Below, one piece after another: positions 25,982 through 36,386 of a stretch of 64,000 nucleotides of DNA. A model generated the notes under the pieces. It did not search any database. It was not told the origin of the DNA and worked only from the letters and a program-made list of their open reading frames with translations. Both the position numbers and the translations under genes were made by a program. Every line of letters starts with the position of its first letter. Positions within the stretch are counted from its first letter, which is position 1. Source of the DNA: an uncultured Candidatus Saccharibacteria bacterium (GTDB taxonomy: Bacteria; Patescibacteriota; Minisyncoccia; UBA11713; 2-01-FULL-45-33); assembly GCA_964464405.1 (NCBI GenBank), contig CAYXFX010000002.1, positions 44,027 through 108,026 of the forward strand, given 5' to 3'.

Positions 25982-27613
25982 TTAATTGCTTTTGTACAGC
26001 ACGTAATGCCCTTCGTTTTTGAGAAGAGTATATTTTGTTTTTAGATCATTTTCAAGATCCGGGAAAAGGGTCGGATAGTCCTCTTGCGTTACAACATAAG
26101 AATACATTTTTCCGTTTTCTGTTAAAGAGTTCCTGCCAAAATATAATACCGGATTAATTTGGAGAAATTGATAAATCTGAAAATCATTAAGCAAATATGC
26201 GACGCTGGGAGCATTAATGATTAGTATTTTAGAATCTTTAGGCAAGGCGTTTGAAATATAATCTGAAATTTTTTGTGCGTCATTTGAATAATATAGCAGT
26301 GAATATCTTTGATTAAATGTGAAAACCAGCTGGAACAGAAATATAAATATAATTGCTGCTTGCGCGGCTTTAATGTAATTAAAACTAGTTATTACTTTAG
26401 GAACTTTAAAAATTAATTTCTTTTTTGAATTTAAATCTACCAGCTTTTTTTCAATATTTTTTAGTATGTAAGTAATAGACGCAGGAAACGTAAGAAAAAG
26501 CAGAAGATGTGCTGGGAAAAAATAACGGTACCAACCTGGTGTTTTTAAATAAAAAATAAGTGTAAAAATCGTAAAAATAAATAAAATTGACTCTGTTTCC
26601 TGAACTTTTTCTTTTTTTATTTTTTTGATAATTAAAAACAAAATAAATGCAGAAAAAAGAACTGTGAAATGGATAGGAGTTGATTCCTTAAAAAACCTCA
26701 CTATATTTTGCAAAATAAGTTCAATTAAATTTTGCGAGGCATATGAGTTTGAGTAATAACCGAAAGCGCTAATAAGCCCCCCTGCTGAATACTCGGAAAG
26801 AATCGTATATAGCCAAAAAATCATAGGGGACAACGCGCCTGCGGCGATTAAAAACAGGCGCTTACATAAATTATTTAAATCTCGCCATCCGTAAATTATT
26901 TCTGCAATAAAAACTGAGGCAGGAACAATCAAAAAAAACGGTTTTGTCGCTGCCGAAAGACCAATGAACAAACCCGCAAAAAACAGGTGCCGATTGAAAA
27001 CAACCCGAGCAGTGTTTTTGCTTTCCTCGTTCCGGCCAGCGCCGGAACTCAGGGTGGAAGCTTCGCAATTTTTCGCTTTGCGAAAAAACCGTGCTTGCTC
27101 GCTTCCAAACCCGCAAAAATGCTCTCGGTTTGTTTTCTTGGGACAGAGCTCAAGCAAAATAAGCGCCGCCAGAAAATAAAATAAACCCGGAATTTCTCCT
27201 AATAAATTTTTTCCGTTGCCATAAAATGGAGTAAAACTTATGATTAGCGCGACACTCATTATCGCCAGCGTTATTCCATACATTTTTTTTACAAGAAAAT
27301 ATGCAGAAATTGTAAATAGAAATAAAAACACAACCATCGGATATCTTGCTGCCAAAATTGTATTTCCGAAAATTTTAACTGAAAGCGCAGAAGGCAAAAG
27401 CGCAGGATAATTTGAAGTTATTAAAAATTGCCTTGTTTCTACGTATTCTCCGGGGGCGGTGCCCAAGCTAAATACTCCGTCGCTCACTAAACTTTTTATT
27501 ATTCCTAAATTAATCCCCTCATCAAACCATGTAGCCGGGCTTGCGGAAAGATGCCACGTGCTAAATACGGCTAAAATTATAAAAAGTAAAATTATAATTA
27601 TTTTATTTTGCAT
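25982..27613 (-). CDS. GT-C superfamily membrane glycosyltransferase (PMT_2/ArnT-like) carrying an in-frame repeat-element insertion
   Basis: N-terminal multi-TM region with the loop ..WFDEGINLGIIKSL... A hydrophilic, GC-rich-encoded segment (KKTNREHFCGFGSEQARFFRKAKNCEASTLSSGAGRNEESKNTARVVF) interrupts the TM core; its DNA (27001-27138) is a copy of the 23539-23671 element. Confidence 0.75.
   Translation of the reverse strand: MQNKIIIILLFIILAVFSTWHLSASPATWFDEGINLGIIKSLVSDGVFSLGTAPGEYVETRQFLITSNYPALLPSALSVKIFGNTILAARYPMVVFLFLFTISAYFLVKKMYGITLAIMSVALIISFTPFYGNGKNLLGEIPGLFYFLAALILLELCPKKTNREHFCGFGSEQARFFRKAKNCEASTLSSGAGRNEESKNTARVVFNRHLFFAGLFIGLSAATKPFFLIVPASVFIAEIIYGWRDLNNLCKRLFLIAAGALSPMIFWLYTILSEYSAGGLISAFGYYSNSYASQNLIELILQNIVRFFKESTPIHFTVLFSAFILFLIIKKIKKEKVQETESILFIFTIFTLIFYLKTPGWYRYFFPAHLLLFLTFPASITYILKNIEKKLVDLNSKKKLIFKVPKVITSFNYIKAAQAAIIFIFLFQLVFTFNQRYSLLYYSNDAQKISDYISNALPKDSKILIINAPSVAYLLNDFQIYQFLQINPVLYFGRNSLTENGKMYSYVVTQEDYPTLFPDLENDLKTKYTLLKNEGHYVLYKSN
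27001..27138. repeat. GC-rich palindromic repeat element copy B, inserted in-frame within a CDS
   Basis: Imperfect terminal inverted repeats (CAACCCGAGCAGTGT and its near reverse complement AATGCTCTCGGTTTG), an internal palindrome TTCGCAA..TTGCGAA, and about 70% identity to copy A. Confidence 0.65.
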
Positions 27614-28925
27614 AAAAATTTTTTAATGCAAACATAAATAAAAATGGCGAAAGAGGCAGCATATACCTGCTCATATCCGCTCCGATCCCAAGTGCACCCA
27701 GAGATACAGCATTTACCGCGAGTATTGATATAAAAAGCGAAGACCAAAAAATAATTTTTCTATCAAAAAATCCAATTAAAGACAAAAAATATGTTACGTA
27801 CCAAAAAAAACCTCCGATTAAAGCAAGCAATGTAATTATATTGCCCAAGTAACTCTCAAAAATCTGCGGAAATTTCGGGCGAATAACGTATTCTGAAAGA
27901 TATTTATAAGGATTTTTAAATAGAGATTTAATGACGAGCGACGAATGAAATTTTATATATTCCAGCGGATTTTCTTTAAATATTTTCCAAAAATGTTCTT
28001 TATAATAAGGAACTAGCGCAAAATCATAATTTGAAATATCTTTTCTGGGATATCCCGAAGGCGCTTCGGGGCGCGGCAAAATAAATCCTTTTTTATCCGC
28101 ATATTGGCTCGTTACATTTCCATAAAGATTATACCAAGACGCGCTTGTTAACTCCCAAGTGTTAAAAACAATTTTATTTCGCAGCATCCAAGGGAATAAG
28201 ATCGCAAAAAAAATAATAATACTAACCGCCCCGACCTTAAGGTCGTGGCTCCAAGGAAAAATTATTTTTTCATAGGTTAACTCAGACGAGGAATTGTTGT
28301 TTATCATTTCTTCTTTCCGCTTACTATAAAACCTCCAAACCATTGCAAGCAGGAATAACGGGAAAAGATAAAATCCTACCGATCTTGTAAGAGTCGCGAG
28401 CCCAAAAATAAATGAAAACAAAAAATATCTTTTTAAAACAAATAAATAAAAACTTAGAATAAACAAGAACGCGTAGAGATAATCAGACATCAAAAGATTG
28501 TTCCAGTAAATCGACATCGGCTCAACGGAAACAACGAGAGCTGAAAAAAGCCCTACTTTTTTTGAATCAAAAATTAAAAAACCCATTTTATAAATTAAAA
28601 TAACAGTAAATCCGGCAATAATGTTTTGAAAAAAAATAACTAAAAAAAGAGGAAGGCGCGCCCACAAAACTCCTGCGATAAGCAAAATATATAACGGCGG
28701 CCTATAAGCGTCGGGCATGTAGGGAGCATCGGTGTTTAAACTAAAAACGCCGTGGTTTATTAAATTTTCAGCACTTCTTAAATAAAAAGAAAATGCATCG
28801 GAATACGCCAAAAATCCCTCGCCCCCGAATTTTATCTGCACAAAAAGCGCGTAAAGAAATCTGATTCCGAATGCCGTCAAAAAAAGAAAAGTTTCAATTT
28901 TGTGTTCTTTTAAAAATCTAGTCAT
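27603..28925 (-). CDS. GT-C superfamily membrane glycosyltransferase (PMT_2/ArnT-like)
   Basis: 440 aa with the motif [17 protein letters not shown] in the first extracytoplasmic loop and about 11 TM segments. Confidence 0.75.
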   Translation of the reverse strand: MTRFLKEHKIETFLFLTAFGIRFLYALFVQIKFGGEGFLAYSDAFSFYLRSAENLINHGVFSLNTDAPYMPDAYRPPLYILLIAGVLWARLPLFLVIFFQNIIAGFTVILIYKMGFLIFDSKKVGLFSALVVSVEPMSIYWNNLLMSDYLYAFLFILSFYLFVLKRYFLFSFIFGLATLTRSVGFYLFPLFLLAMVWRFYSKRKEEMINNNSSSELTYEKIIFPWSHDLKVGAVSIIIFFAILFPWMLRNKIVFNTWELTSASWYNLYGNVTSQYADKKGFILPRPEAPSGYPRKDISNYDFALVPYYKEHFWKIFKENPLEYIKFHSSLVIKSLFKNPYKYLSEYVIRPKFPQIFESYLGNIITLLALIGGFFWYVTYFLSLIGFFDRKIIFWSSLFISILAVNAVSLGALGIGADMSRYMLPLSPFLFMFALKNFYAK

Positions 28926-29617
28926 CCCAAAATATTAAAACGTAAAATTGCCCAAACTGCGGCGAGTCCATCTTTCCAGTCGATTTTTTTTCCTTCCGCA
29001 TAAGTGCGGCCGCTATACGAAATTCCAACTTCATAAACTCGTAGTTTTGCGCGGGCAATTCTTGCCGTTATTTCTGGTTCAATCCCAAAACGGTTGCTTT
29101 TTAAATTATCACGTATAGCAAGAAGCGCTTTTCTATTAAAAGCCTTATATCCTGTTTCCATATCAGTTAAGTTTAAATCTGTGAATATATTTGAAAATGT
29201 CGTAAGTAATTTATTCCCGACATAATGCCAAAAAAAGAGAACTCTGTGGGCGGAAGCTCCCATAAAACGCGATCCATATACAACATCTGCTTTGCCATCG
29301 AGCAATGGTTTTAAAAGTAAATTATATTCACTAGGATCATATTCTAAATCCGCGTCTTGAATTATTGCAAAATCGCCCGAGCATTCTTTAAATCCTCTTC
29401 TGATTGCGGCCCCTTTGCCCATATTTTTTTCTTGATAAAAAATTTTATATTTTTGTTCCAAATTTTTTAACACGTCGCGCGTGCCGTCCCGAGATCCGTC
29501 ATCAATAATTATTATTTCTTTTTCCAAATCGCAAGCGTCTGCTCGCAAAATAGCATCCACTATCTTATGAATAGTGGTTTTTTCATTATATGCTGGAATA
29601 ATTACCGAAAGCTTCAT
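28922..29617 (-). CDS. Family 2 glycosyltransferase (polyprenyl-phosphate sugar synthase-like)
   Basis: [11 protein letters not shown]...[12 protein letters not shown]...QDADLEYD; translationally coupled to the upstream GT-C gene (4-nt overlap). Confidence 0.85.
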   Translation of the reverse strand: MKLSVIIPAYNEKTTIHKIVDAILRADACDLEKEIIIIDDGSRDGTRDVLKNLEQKYKIFYQEKNMGKGAAIRRGFKECSGDFAIIQDADLEYDPSEYNLLLKPLLDGKADVVYGSRFMGASAHRVLFFWHYVGNKLLTTFSNIFTDLNLTDMETGYKAFNRKALLAIRDNLKSNRFGIEPEITARIARAKLRVYEVGISYSGRTYAEGKKIDWKDGLAAVWAILRFNILG

Positions 29618-29659
29618 CTCTGGATTATAAAATAAATTTCAGATATAGTACAGATTATA

Positions 29660-31270
29660 ATGGACAAAAAGATCTTGATAGTCCTTGTGCTCGCTTTTGT
29701 TTTGAGGCTCGCGGGAATCGCTTACGGGCTGCCACTCTGGCTGATAGATGACGAGCCGCCTTTTATTTTAGGCGCTCTTAAAATGATGGAATTAAAAACA
29801 TTACTCCCTAACTCCCATTTTGAAGAATTTAAAACCGTACTTTATTACCCGCCATATTTGTCTTATCTCTATTTGCTTCCATTTTCTCTGCTTGTGGGCA
29901 TTAAATATTTATTTTTTTCGGGCTCCACAGAACTTTTTACTTCATATTTACTAGCGGATCTTTCCGGTTTTTTTATTATCGCAAGATTTTTTTCTATATT
30001 CGCTGGAGTGTTTTCTATTTATTTTACATACGCTACCGCGAGAAATTTATTTAGAAACAAAAAGCCAGCAGTTTTTTCCGCAATACTAGCCAGCACAAGT
30101 TTAATTCATATTTCTTTATCCATAGTAAGCAGACATTGGATCTGGGTTTTTTTATTTACTTCTTTAGTATTATTTTTTCTCTCGCAACAAAATTGGAGTT
30201 TTAAAAAGAAATATTTTCTTGCATTTTTATCTGCAGGCATCGGAATAGGATTCGCAGTTATTAACGTCATCCTAACTGGACTCATACTTTCGTGGTATTT
30301 ACTTTATGAAAAAAATTCAACTTTTAAACTTATCAAAGAAAAATATTTTTATTTATTATCGGCTATTTTTATTTTTTTAGCTTCTCTTCCCTACCTTCTT
30401 TATAAAGGAAGCCTGGGATTTACTGCGGATGTCACAACTAAGGTATCAAAAAATATTTCGGGGGCTATTTTTTCTCCTTTTAACTTCGCGTATACAATTT
30501 TTCAATCCGAATTTATACTTATAATATTCGCGGCATTCGGCTTTTATTTTGTTTTTAGAAACAAAAGGAATATTTTTTGGGCTTTTGGCATATATATTTA
30601 TACCGTTAGTACAGTTTTTTACATAATATTCCGTTTTGAACCGCGCTTTTTTATGGCGCTGCTTCCATATTATTTGATTTTAGCAGGATACGGTTTATGT
30701 GAACTGCAAAATAAAATTAAAAATAAATATTTATCTGAAGCTCTGCTGATTTTTTTGATAGTTCCAATGATATTTTCTTTTAGACTATCAGCTCTTGCTT
30801 TTAAAAATGACACCAGGGTTTTGTTAAGAAACTGGGCTCAAAAGAATTTACCTCAAAAGACTAAAATATTAGTTAATGCGCGCCTTACAAGATTTCCGAC
30901 CACCAAAGAAGCCGTCTCTGAACAGCAAAAAATTGATCCCACTTCGGTGAGAAAAATCGACAAAGCAGAGGCAGAGTTAAACTACTCGAATCTGCATTCT
31001 TTGAATATTTTTGACGCAAATAATAAATTATTTTTTGAAAATATAGATAAATATATCAAAGAAAACAAATATGAATATGCCGCGATCAGCCCCGGGTATA
31101 GGCATAGCGAATTTTTTGAGAACGTGCTAAAAAAAGGAATACTGCTAAAAAGTTTTAGCGGAGGAAAATCGGAAATGTCTATTGCGGAAAGCCAATTTTT
31201 TAAAAACCCGTTTGAATTATTTAAGATTAAAGAACTCGGTCCTGAAATTAAATTATATAAAATAAACTAA
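29660..31270 (+). CDS. GT-C superfamily membrane glycosyltransferase (PMT_2/ArnT-like)
   Basis: 536 aa with the loop motif WLIDDEPPFILGAL...YYPPYLSYLYLL and a multi-TM core plus a C-terminal soluble domain. Confidence 0.7.
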   Translation: MDKKILIVLVLAFVLRLAGIAYGLPLWLIDDEPPFILGALKMMELKTLLPNSHFEEFKTVLYYPPYLSYLYLLPFSLLVGIKYLFFSGSTELFTSYLLADLSGFFIIARFFSIFAGVFSIYFTYATARNLFRNKKPAVFSAILASTSLIHISLSIVSRHWIWVFLFTSLVLFFLSQQNWSFKKKYFLAFLSAGIGIGFAVINVILTGLILSWYLLYEKNSTFKLIKEKYFYLLSAIFIFLASLPYLLYKGSLGFTADVTTKVSKNISGAIFSPFNFAYTIFQSEFILIIFAAFGFYFVFRNKRNIFWAFGIYIYTVSTVFYIIFRFEPRFFMALLPYYLILAGYGLCELQNKIKNKYLSEALLIFLIVPMIFSFRLSALAFKNDTRVLLRNWAQKNLPQKTKILVNARLTRFPTTKEAVSEQQKIDPTSVRKIDKAEAELNYSNLHSLNIFDANNKLFFENIDKYIKENKYEYAAISPGYRHSEFFENVLKKGILLKSFSGGKSEMSIAESQFFKNPFELFKIKELGPEIKLYKIN

Positions 31271-32070
31271 TGAAAATAATTGTAGTGATCCCGACGTACA
31301 AAGAAGCGGGAGAGATCGGAAAAGTTATAGATGCTTTATGCGGACCAGTTTTTAAAGCAATTCCCAACCACGAAATGGGCATTTTAGTTGTAGACGGAAA
31401 TTCACCCGATGGAACTGCAGAAATTTTAAGAGAGAAAAGTATTTTCTATCCTAATCTCTACTTTTTGATTGAACCAAAAAAACGCGGAATCGGAGTCGCA
31501 TACATTGAAGGAATAAAATACGCGATAAAAGAGTTGGGGGCTGATGCAATTATAGAATTTGACGGAGATGGACAGCACAACCCAAAAGATGTCGTCAGAT
31601 TGGTAACAGAATTTGACAACGGACATGATTATGTTATCGGTTCTCGATACGTTCCGGGCGGAGCGATTCCCGCAGAGTGGTCGCTTCATAGAAAACTGCT
31701 AAGCCGTTTTGGCAGCTTGACTGCGCGCGCGGTTCTTAATCTACCTACGCGCGACAATACTTCGGGATTTAAACTTTCGCGCGTCGCGGGTTTCGCGGAA
31801 AATTTGCCGCTGGACGAAAATAAAATACTTTCAAAATATTACGCTTATAAAATCCACTTCCTTTATAATATGATTTCGATGGGCGCTAAAACAAAGGAAA
31901 TTCCTATTGTTTTTTTAGAGCGCAAATCCGGCTCATCCAAAAGCACTTTCCGCGATATTTACGATTCATTGCGAGTGGTGTTTGCGCTTAAATTTAGAAG
32001 GAAAAAATATCAAGTTTTTCCAAATAAAAAAACCGGAGAGAATTTATCTCAACCGGCGATAAAATTATAA
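31270..32070 (+). CDS. Family 2 glycosyltransferase, dolichol-phosphate-mannose-synthase (Dpm1)-like
   Basis: KIIVVIPTYKEAGEIGKVI...VVDGNSPDGT...GDGQHNP; its start overlaps the stop of the preceding GT-C gene. Confidence 0.85.
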   Translation: MKIIVVIPTYKEAGEIGKVIDALCGPVFKAIPNHEMGILVVDGNSPDGTAEILREKSIFYPNLYFLIEPKKRGIGVAYIEGIKYAIKELGADAIIEFDGDGQHNPKDVVRLVTEFDNGHDYVIGSRYVPGGAIPAEWSLHRKLLSRFGSLTARAVLNLPTRDNTSGFKLSRVAGFAENLPLDENKILSKYYAYKIHFLYNMISMGAKTKEIPIVFLERKSGSSKSTFRDIYDSLRVVFALKFRRKKYQVFPNKKTGENLSQPAIKL

Positions 32071-32522
32071 ATCGGCCATGGCAGTAAACGCAAAGGAATC
32101 TCGCGAAGAAAATAGAGAAAACGAGATCGCGTAAACCACTGAAACGATTTTCTGTTGAAAAGAGAAACTCCGCAAAAAAAGAAATGTTTATCGTAAGTTG
32201 TTGAAAAGCCAAACCTTTCCAAATCTCTGCAACAGCGTTTGGAATGGCATGGAGCGGCGACCACCAATACATTTTTCCATCCATTTTTATTGGCAAGATT
32301 CACAAAAAACTTAACGAACCTTAACGTAGTGTAGTTCTCCTCGGGCGTCAAATAAAAAATATTGTCTTGGTAAGTTTCCGATTCTGGCAGTGCGCCTTCG
32401 GCAATAACTAAAATGTTATAAATACTTCCCAGATAAGCTGCCCTTTTGATCAGCAACTTGTTTGATTCAAGTTCGGGAGGAAGGCCAAATGCAAAAACTG
32501 CAACAACGTCATATTTTTTCAA
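32049..32522 (-). CDS. Hypothetical protein, tentatively DUF218/YdcF-like
   Basis: 157 aa; weak resemblance to the YdcF VVTS.YHMPRA motif (VLVVAAPCHSKRC). Confidence 0.35.
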   Translation of the reverse strand: MKKYDVVAVFAFGLPPELESNKLLIKRAAYLGSIYNILVIAEGALPESETYQDNIFYLTPEENYTTLRFVKFFVNLANKNGWKNVLVVAAPCHSKRCCRDLERFGFSTTYDKHFFFCGVSLFNRKSFQWFTRSRFLYFLREIPLRLLPWPIYNFIAG

Positions 32523-32630
32523 TCAAATCACCTCCTTTCGGCAAATAAAAACGACGCGAGCAATGCCAAAAACAGAGAATTTTTAAATATTTCCACACTA
32601 TTCTCCTTTACTTTCTCTTAGATTTCTGTG

Positions 32631-33737
32631 TTATTTATACTCTGTGTCGGAAATAAAGTCAAGTGCGCGTTTGGCGCGTTTGTCCCATGTATAATTTTCT
32701 ACTTTTAAAAACGAGGCTTCGGAAATTTCCTCTGCCAATTTTTGATTCCATAAAATGTTTTTTATCGCGTAAGCCAAGTCATGCGCATCATCTGGATTGA
32801 AAAATATTGCTTCATTTTCAGTAAGAATTTCGCGAATCGACGGCAAATCCGAAGCGACGATTGGACGACGGGATGCCATGTATTCAAAAAGTTTTAGCGG
32901 AGAAGTATGTTCTTCCGAAATTTTTGTGCCTTTTTTATTCGGCAATATCAAAACATCAGCAGCTTTTAACCACAAAGGAATTTCGGAATAGGGCTTTTGA
33001 CCAACAAAACAAACATTGTTTTTCTTTTGCTGAGAAAAATTCCCGCCAACAACATAAATTTCAAGATTTTGAGATTCTAATATTGCGCCGACCTCAATTA
33101 TTATCTCAACCCCCTTCCAGTTAAAAAGTTGCCCTGTATAAACCGCGATTTTTTTATCAAATGGTAAATTTAATTTATGCCGCGCATCTTTTTGGGAAAT
33201 ATTAAGATCAAATTTTTCCAAATCAACCGCATCCGGCAAAATGCATATTTTATTTTCCGGAATTCCATATCCAACAAGTTCTTGTTTTAAAAAACTCGTA
33301 AGAACAAAAATGGCGCGAGCTTGTTGCCAAGTTAATTTATTTAAAAATCTGGGGTGAGATGGCAAAGAGTGCACTTCCAGAGAAAAATTTTTAAAAAATA
33401 AACCCGCCCATTCTTCGCGAGTGTAAAAAAAACTGTAATGTTTGTTCAGCAAATAAATTTTGGCAAAGACCAAAAAAATAATAGTTTCTATAAAAAAACC
33501 GATTTTCCCGAATCTAAAACTGATTAAATCAAGCGTCGGCAATTTGGTAATTTTAAAATTTTTATTAACGCCGTAATATTCAAATGGATCCTGTTTGATA
33601 GAATTTAATCTTCTTGGAACAATTAGTTCAATTTCGAGTTGGAAATTTGCAAACGTATTAAGCATTTGCATTATCTGAATCCCATGCGCCTTTTCCGTGG
33701 GAATGCGCACATTTGCGATATAAATCAACTTCTTCAT
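32631..33737 (-). CDS. Family 4 (GT-B fold) glycosyltransferase
   Basis: The E-x7-E motif EEHTSPLKLFEYM plus PIVASDLPSIREIL; 368 aa. Confidence 0.8.
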   Translation of the reverse strand: MKKLIYIANVRIPTEKAHGIQIMQMLNTFANFQLEIELIVPRRLNSIKQDPFEYYGVNKNFKITKLPTLDLISFRFGKIGFFIETIIFLVFAKIYLLNKHYSFFYTREEWAGLFFKNFSLEVHSLPSHPRFLNKLTWQQARAIFVLTSFLKQELVGYGIPENKICILPDAVDLEKFDLNISQKDARHKLNLPFDKKIAVYTGQLFNWKGVEIIIEVGAILESQNLEIYVVGGNFSQQKKNNVCFVGQKPYSEIPLWLKAADVLILPNKKGTKISEEHTSPLKLFEYMASRRPIVASDLPSIREILTENEAIFFNPDDAHDLAYAIKNILWNQKLAEEISEASFLKVENYTWDKRAKRALDFISDTEYK

Positions 33738-35569
33738 TATTTCATTTTAATTTTATAAATCTTCGCCCAAACCTGAAAAATGATAAGCGCCCAGAGCGTT
33801 GTTAAATTATATTTTTTGCCGGAATTGTGTTCCACAAGCATTTTTCTCACTTCCGACCAATTAAATAATTCTTTTGTTTCCGAGAAATATTCGGGCGAGA
33901 GAATCATCTGAGACAGCGTGTAAACCGCAGGATCTCGTAGCCATTTTGCCGCAGGGGAAAACCATCCACGTTTAGGTTCATGCATTAAATAATCCGGAAT
34001 GCGCCCCTTAAAACTCTCTTTTAAAATAATTTTTGTATTGCGTAAATTGACTTTGTATTTTAAAGGAATTGACGATGCAAATTCCACCAAATCTTTACTA
34101 AGCAACGGCACTCGCGCTTCCACCCCTTGAGACATTGCTGTTTTATCCGTCTTCATAAGTGAGTCGTCTACCAGCCAACTCTGCCTATCTACTGACATAA
34201 AACTTTCTTCAAAAGACTTCGAATTTGAAAATGAAAAATATTTATTTTCAAAAAATTTTTCTGATATCTTTTCATTAAAACACGCTGGACTCATTATGTT
34301 CCGCAAAATTTCATCTTTCTGAAACATAAATAATGCGAACCTTTTGATTCCTGGCGGTGTGTTTAATTTGCGCAAATTGCCGAAGTTCAAAAATTTTCTA
34401 AAAATTTCTGGAAATTTTTCATAGTAGCTTGCAAACAGGCTTAAACGATACCTTTCGTAACCCCCGAAAAGTTCATCTCCACCATCTCCTCCCAACACAA
34501 CATCAACTCCGCTTTTTTTTGTAAACCTTGCAAGTTTCATCATTGGAATCGCAGTCGGATTCGCGATAGGCTCGTCTAAATGTAAAACGGTGCCTTCTAA
34601 ATGCGTTATCACATCTTCCGGAGAAAGAAGCACTTCATGATGGTTTGTTTTATAATAGTTAGCCGTTTGCCGTGCGAGCTGAAAATCCGCGTTAAACTTT
34701 CTTTCATCTTCCGGGTTCGGAAGCGAAAAACCAACCGAAAAAGTATCCACACTTTCTCTAAAAGTTTTCATTGCATCTAAAATGACACTCGAGTCAATGC
34801 CGCCCGAAAGATAAAGCCCCACAGGACGGTCAGATATCAGCTGCGAGCCTACTGATTCAATAACTTTTTTCCGAACTAAGCCTTTAAGCTCAGAGTAGTC
34901 TGCGGCCGAAATGCGAGCGTTAAGATTCCAATAACACGAAACTTCCAGTTTATTTTCTTTTAAAATTCCGCAGTGCCCGGGTGGAAATTTAAAAATATTT
35001 TCAAACATTGTCAGAGGATTCGGAACGTAAAGCATCCTAAAATAGTGGTTTAGCGCCTCCTTATTTAAAACCCTTGGGATATCGTGCTCTAAAATAGCTT
35101 TTATTTCTGACGAAAAAATAAAATTCTTTCCGTCAAAATAATAATAAAGCGGCTTAACTCCCACGTGGTCTCTGGCTAAAAAAAGTTCTTTACGCTCTTT
35201 GTCCCAAATTGCAAAAGCAAAAATGCCGTCTAATTTTTTAGGAACATCACTCCCCCATTTTTCATAAGCGGCTAAAATAACCTCCGTATCGCTATTTGTA
35301 TTAAATTTGTAGAATTCTAAAAGTTCTTTTTTTAAATTATTAAAATTATAAATCTCTCCGTTAAAAACAATAATAAATCTACCATTCTCGCTTTTCATAG
35401 GCTGACCGGCAGAAGCGCTCAAATCAATAATACTTAAACGGTTATGCCCCAAAGAAATATTCTCATCCAAAAAAACTCCGGTACCATCCGGACCCCTGTG
35501 GCTTGTCACCCGATTCATTTTTAAAATAAGCGCCTCGTTTTTAAAATTAAATCCATTAATCGCGCACAT
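33737..35569 (-). CDS. asnB: Asparagine synthetase (glutamine-hydrolysing), AsnB family amidotransferase
   Basis: N-terminal MCAINGF (Cys2 Ntn), HRGPDGTG, and the PP-loop SGGIDSS; 610 aa. Confidence 0.9.
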   Translation of the reverse strand: MCAINGFNFKNEALILKMNRVTSHRGPDGTGVFLDENISLGHNRLSIIDLSASAGQPMKSENGRFIIVFNGEIYNFNNLKKELLEFYKFNTNSDTEVILAAYEKWGSDVPKKLDGIFAFAIWDKERKELFLARDHVGVKPLYYYFDGKNFIFSSEIKAILEHDIPRVLNKEALNHYFRMLYVPNPLTMFENIFKFPPGHCGILKENKLEVSCYWNLNARISAADYSELKGLVRKKVIESVGSQLISDRPVGLYLSGGIDSSVILDAMKTFRESVDTFSVGFSLPNPEDERKFNADFQLARQTANYYKTNHHEVLLSPEDVITHLEGTVLHLDEPIANPTAIPMMKLARFTKKSGVDVVLGGDGGDELFGGYERYRLSLFASYYEKFPEIFRKFLNFGNLRKLNTPPGIKRFALFMFQKDEILRNIMSPACFNEKISEKFFENKYFSFSNSKSFEESFMSVDRQSWLVDDSLMKTDKTAMSQGVEARVPLLSKDLVEFASSIPLKYKVNLRNTKIILKESFKGRIPDYLMHEPKRGWFSPAAKWLRDPAVYTLSQMILSPEYFSETKELFNWSEVRKMLVEHNSGKKYNLTTLWALIIFQVWAKIYKIKMK

Positions 35570-36386
35570 AACGCAAACGTTTTTCTATAAATAAATAAAG
35601 AATATAAACGTGATACCACATAATTTGAATTTCGAATTTGAGTGGCATTGAATCGCGAAATCCATACCGCAAATACATTAGTGGAATTCTATACAAATAC
35701 CCCGCAATTATTCGCAAGCGTTTATAAACGCACCAATATAAAAAGGAGCTTAGTGTGCTTCCTGTAAAATCTATCACATCAGCTTCCCAATCGGCATACA
35801 TTTTTTGATATTTCCAAAGATTTTTGACTCGCTCTTCCGGCCAATGGAAATCGTAATAGCTTTTAAGCTCTCCGACTTTATTTTTTTTGCGATCAAATTC
35901 GAGTCTGTCATGCACTCTTCCTTTAAAATACGGTTTTATTTTTCTGTTAATTAGCCTCGTTTGATAGGACGGATAAGTTGCTTCGTGTTTAATTTCACGG
36001 CCCATAATAAATATTCTCGTAGGCATCCGATAAACCGTAAACTCCGGATTTTGATTTGTAACAATTTCTTTTATCTCACCGACAACGTCGTGCGACAAAG
36101 TGTCGTCTGAATCCATAAAAAAATACCAATCATAGGAAGCAGCTTCCATGTTTCTCATACGAACATTTGCCTTATCTTTTACGCACCGCAAATTCGGCTC
36201 GTTGGAATCGTATTGTTTAACAATTTTTGCACCGTACTCGCGCGCGATATCTAAAGTGTTGTCAGTGCTATTCCCGTCGCAAATCACAATTTCGGCAAAA
36301 TTTTTAACTGACTCTAAACACCGCCGAAGCGTGTTTCCGGAGTTTAAGGTCAAAATACCAATTGAACATAGAATTTTTTTATCCAT
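35556..36386 (-). CDS. Family 2 glycosyltransferase
   Basis: CSIGILTLNSGNTLRRCLESV...IVICDGNSTDNT; 276 aa. Confidence 0.75.
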   Translation of the reverse strand: MDKKILCSIGILTLNSGNTLRRCLESVKNFAEIVICDGNSTDNTLDIAREYGAKIVKQYDSNEPNLRCVKDKANVRMRNMEAASYDWYFFMDSDDTLSHDVVGEIKEIVTNQNPEFTVYRMPTRIFIMGREIKHEATYPSYQTRLINRKIKPYFKGRVHDRLEFDRKKNKVGELKSYYDFHWPEERVKNLWKYQKMYADWEADVIDFTGSTLSSFLYWCVYKRLRIIAGYLYRIPLMYLRYGFRDSMPLKFEIQIMWYHVYILYLFIEKRLRYVRD

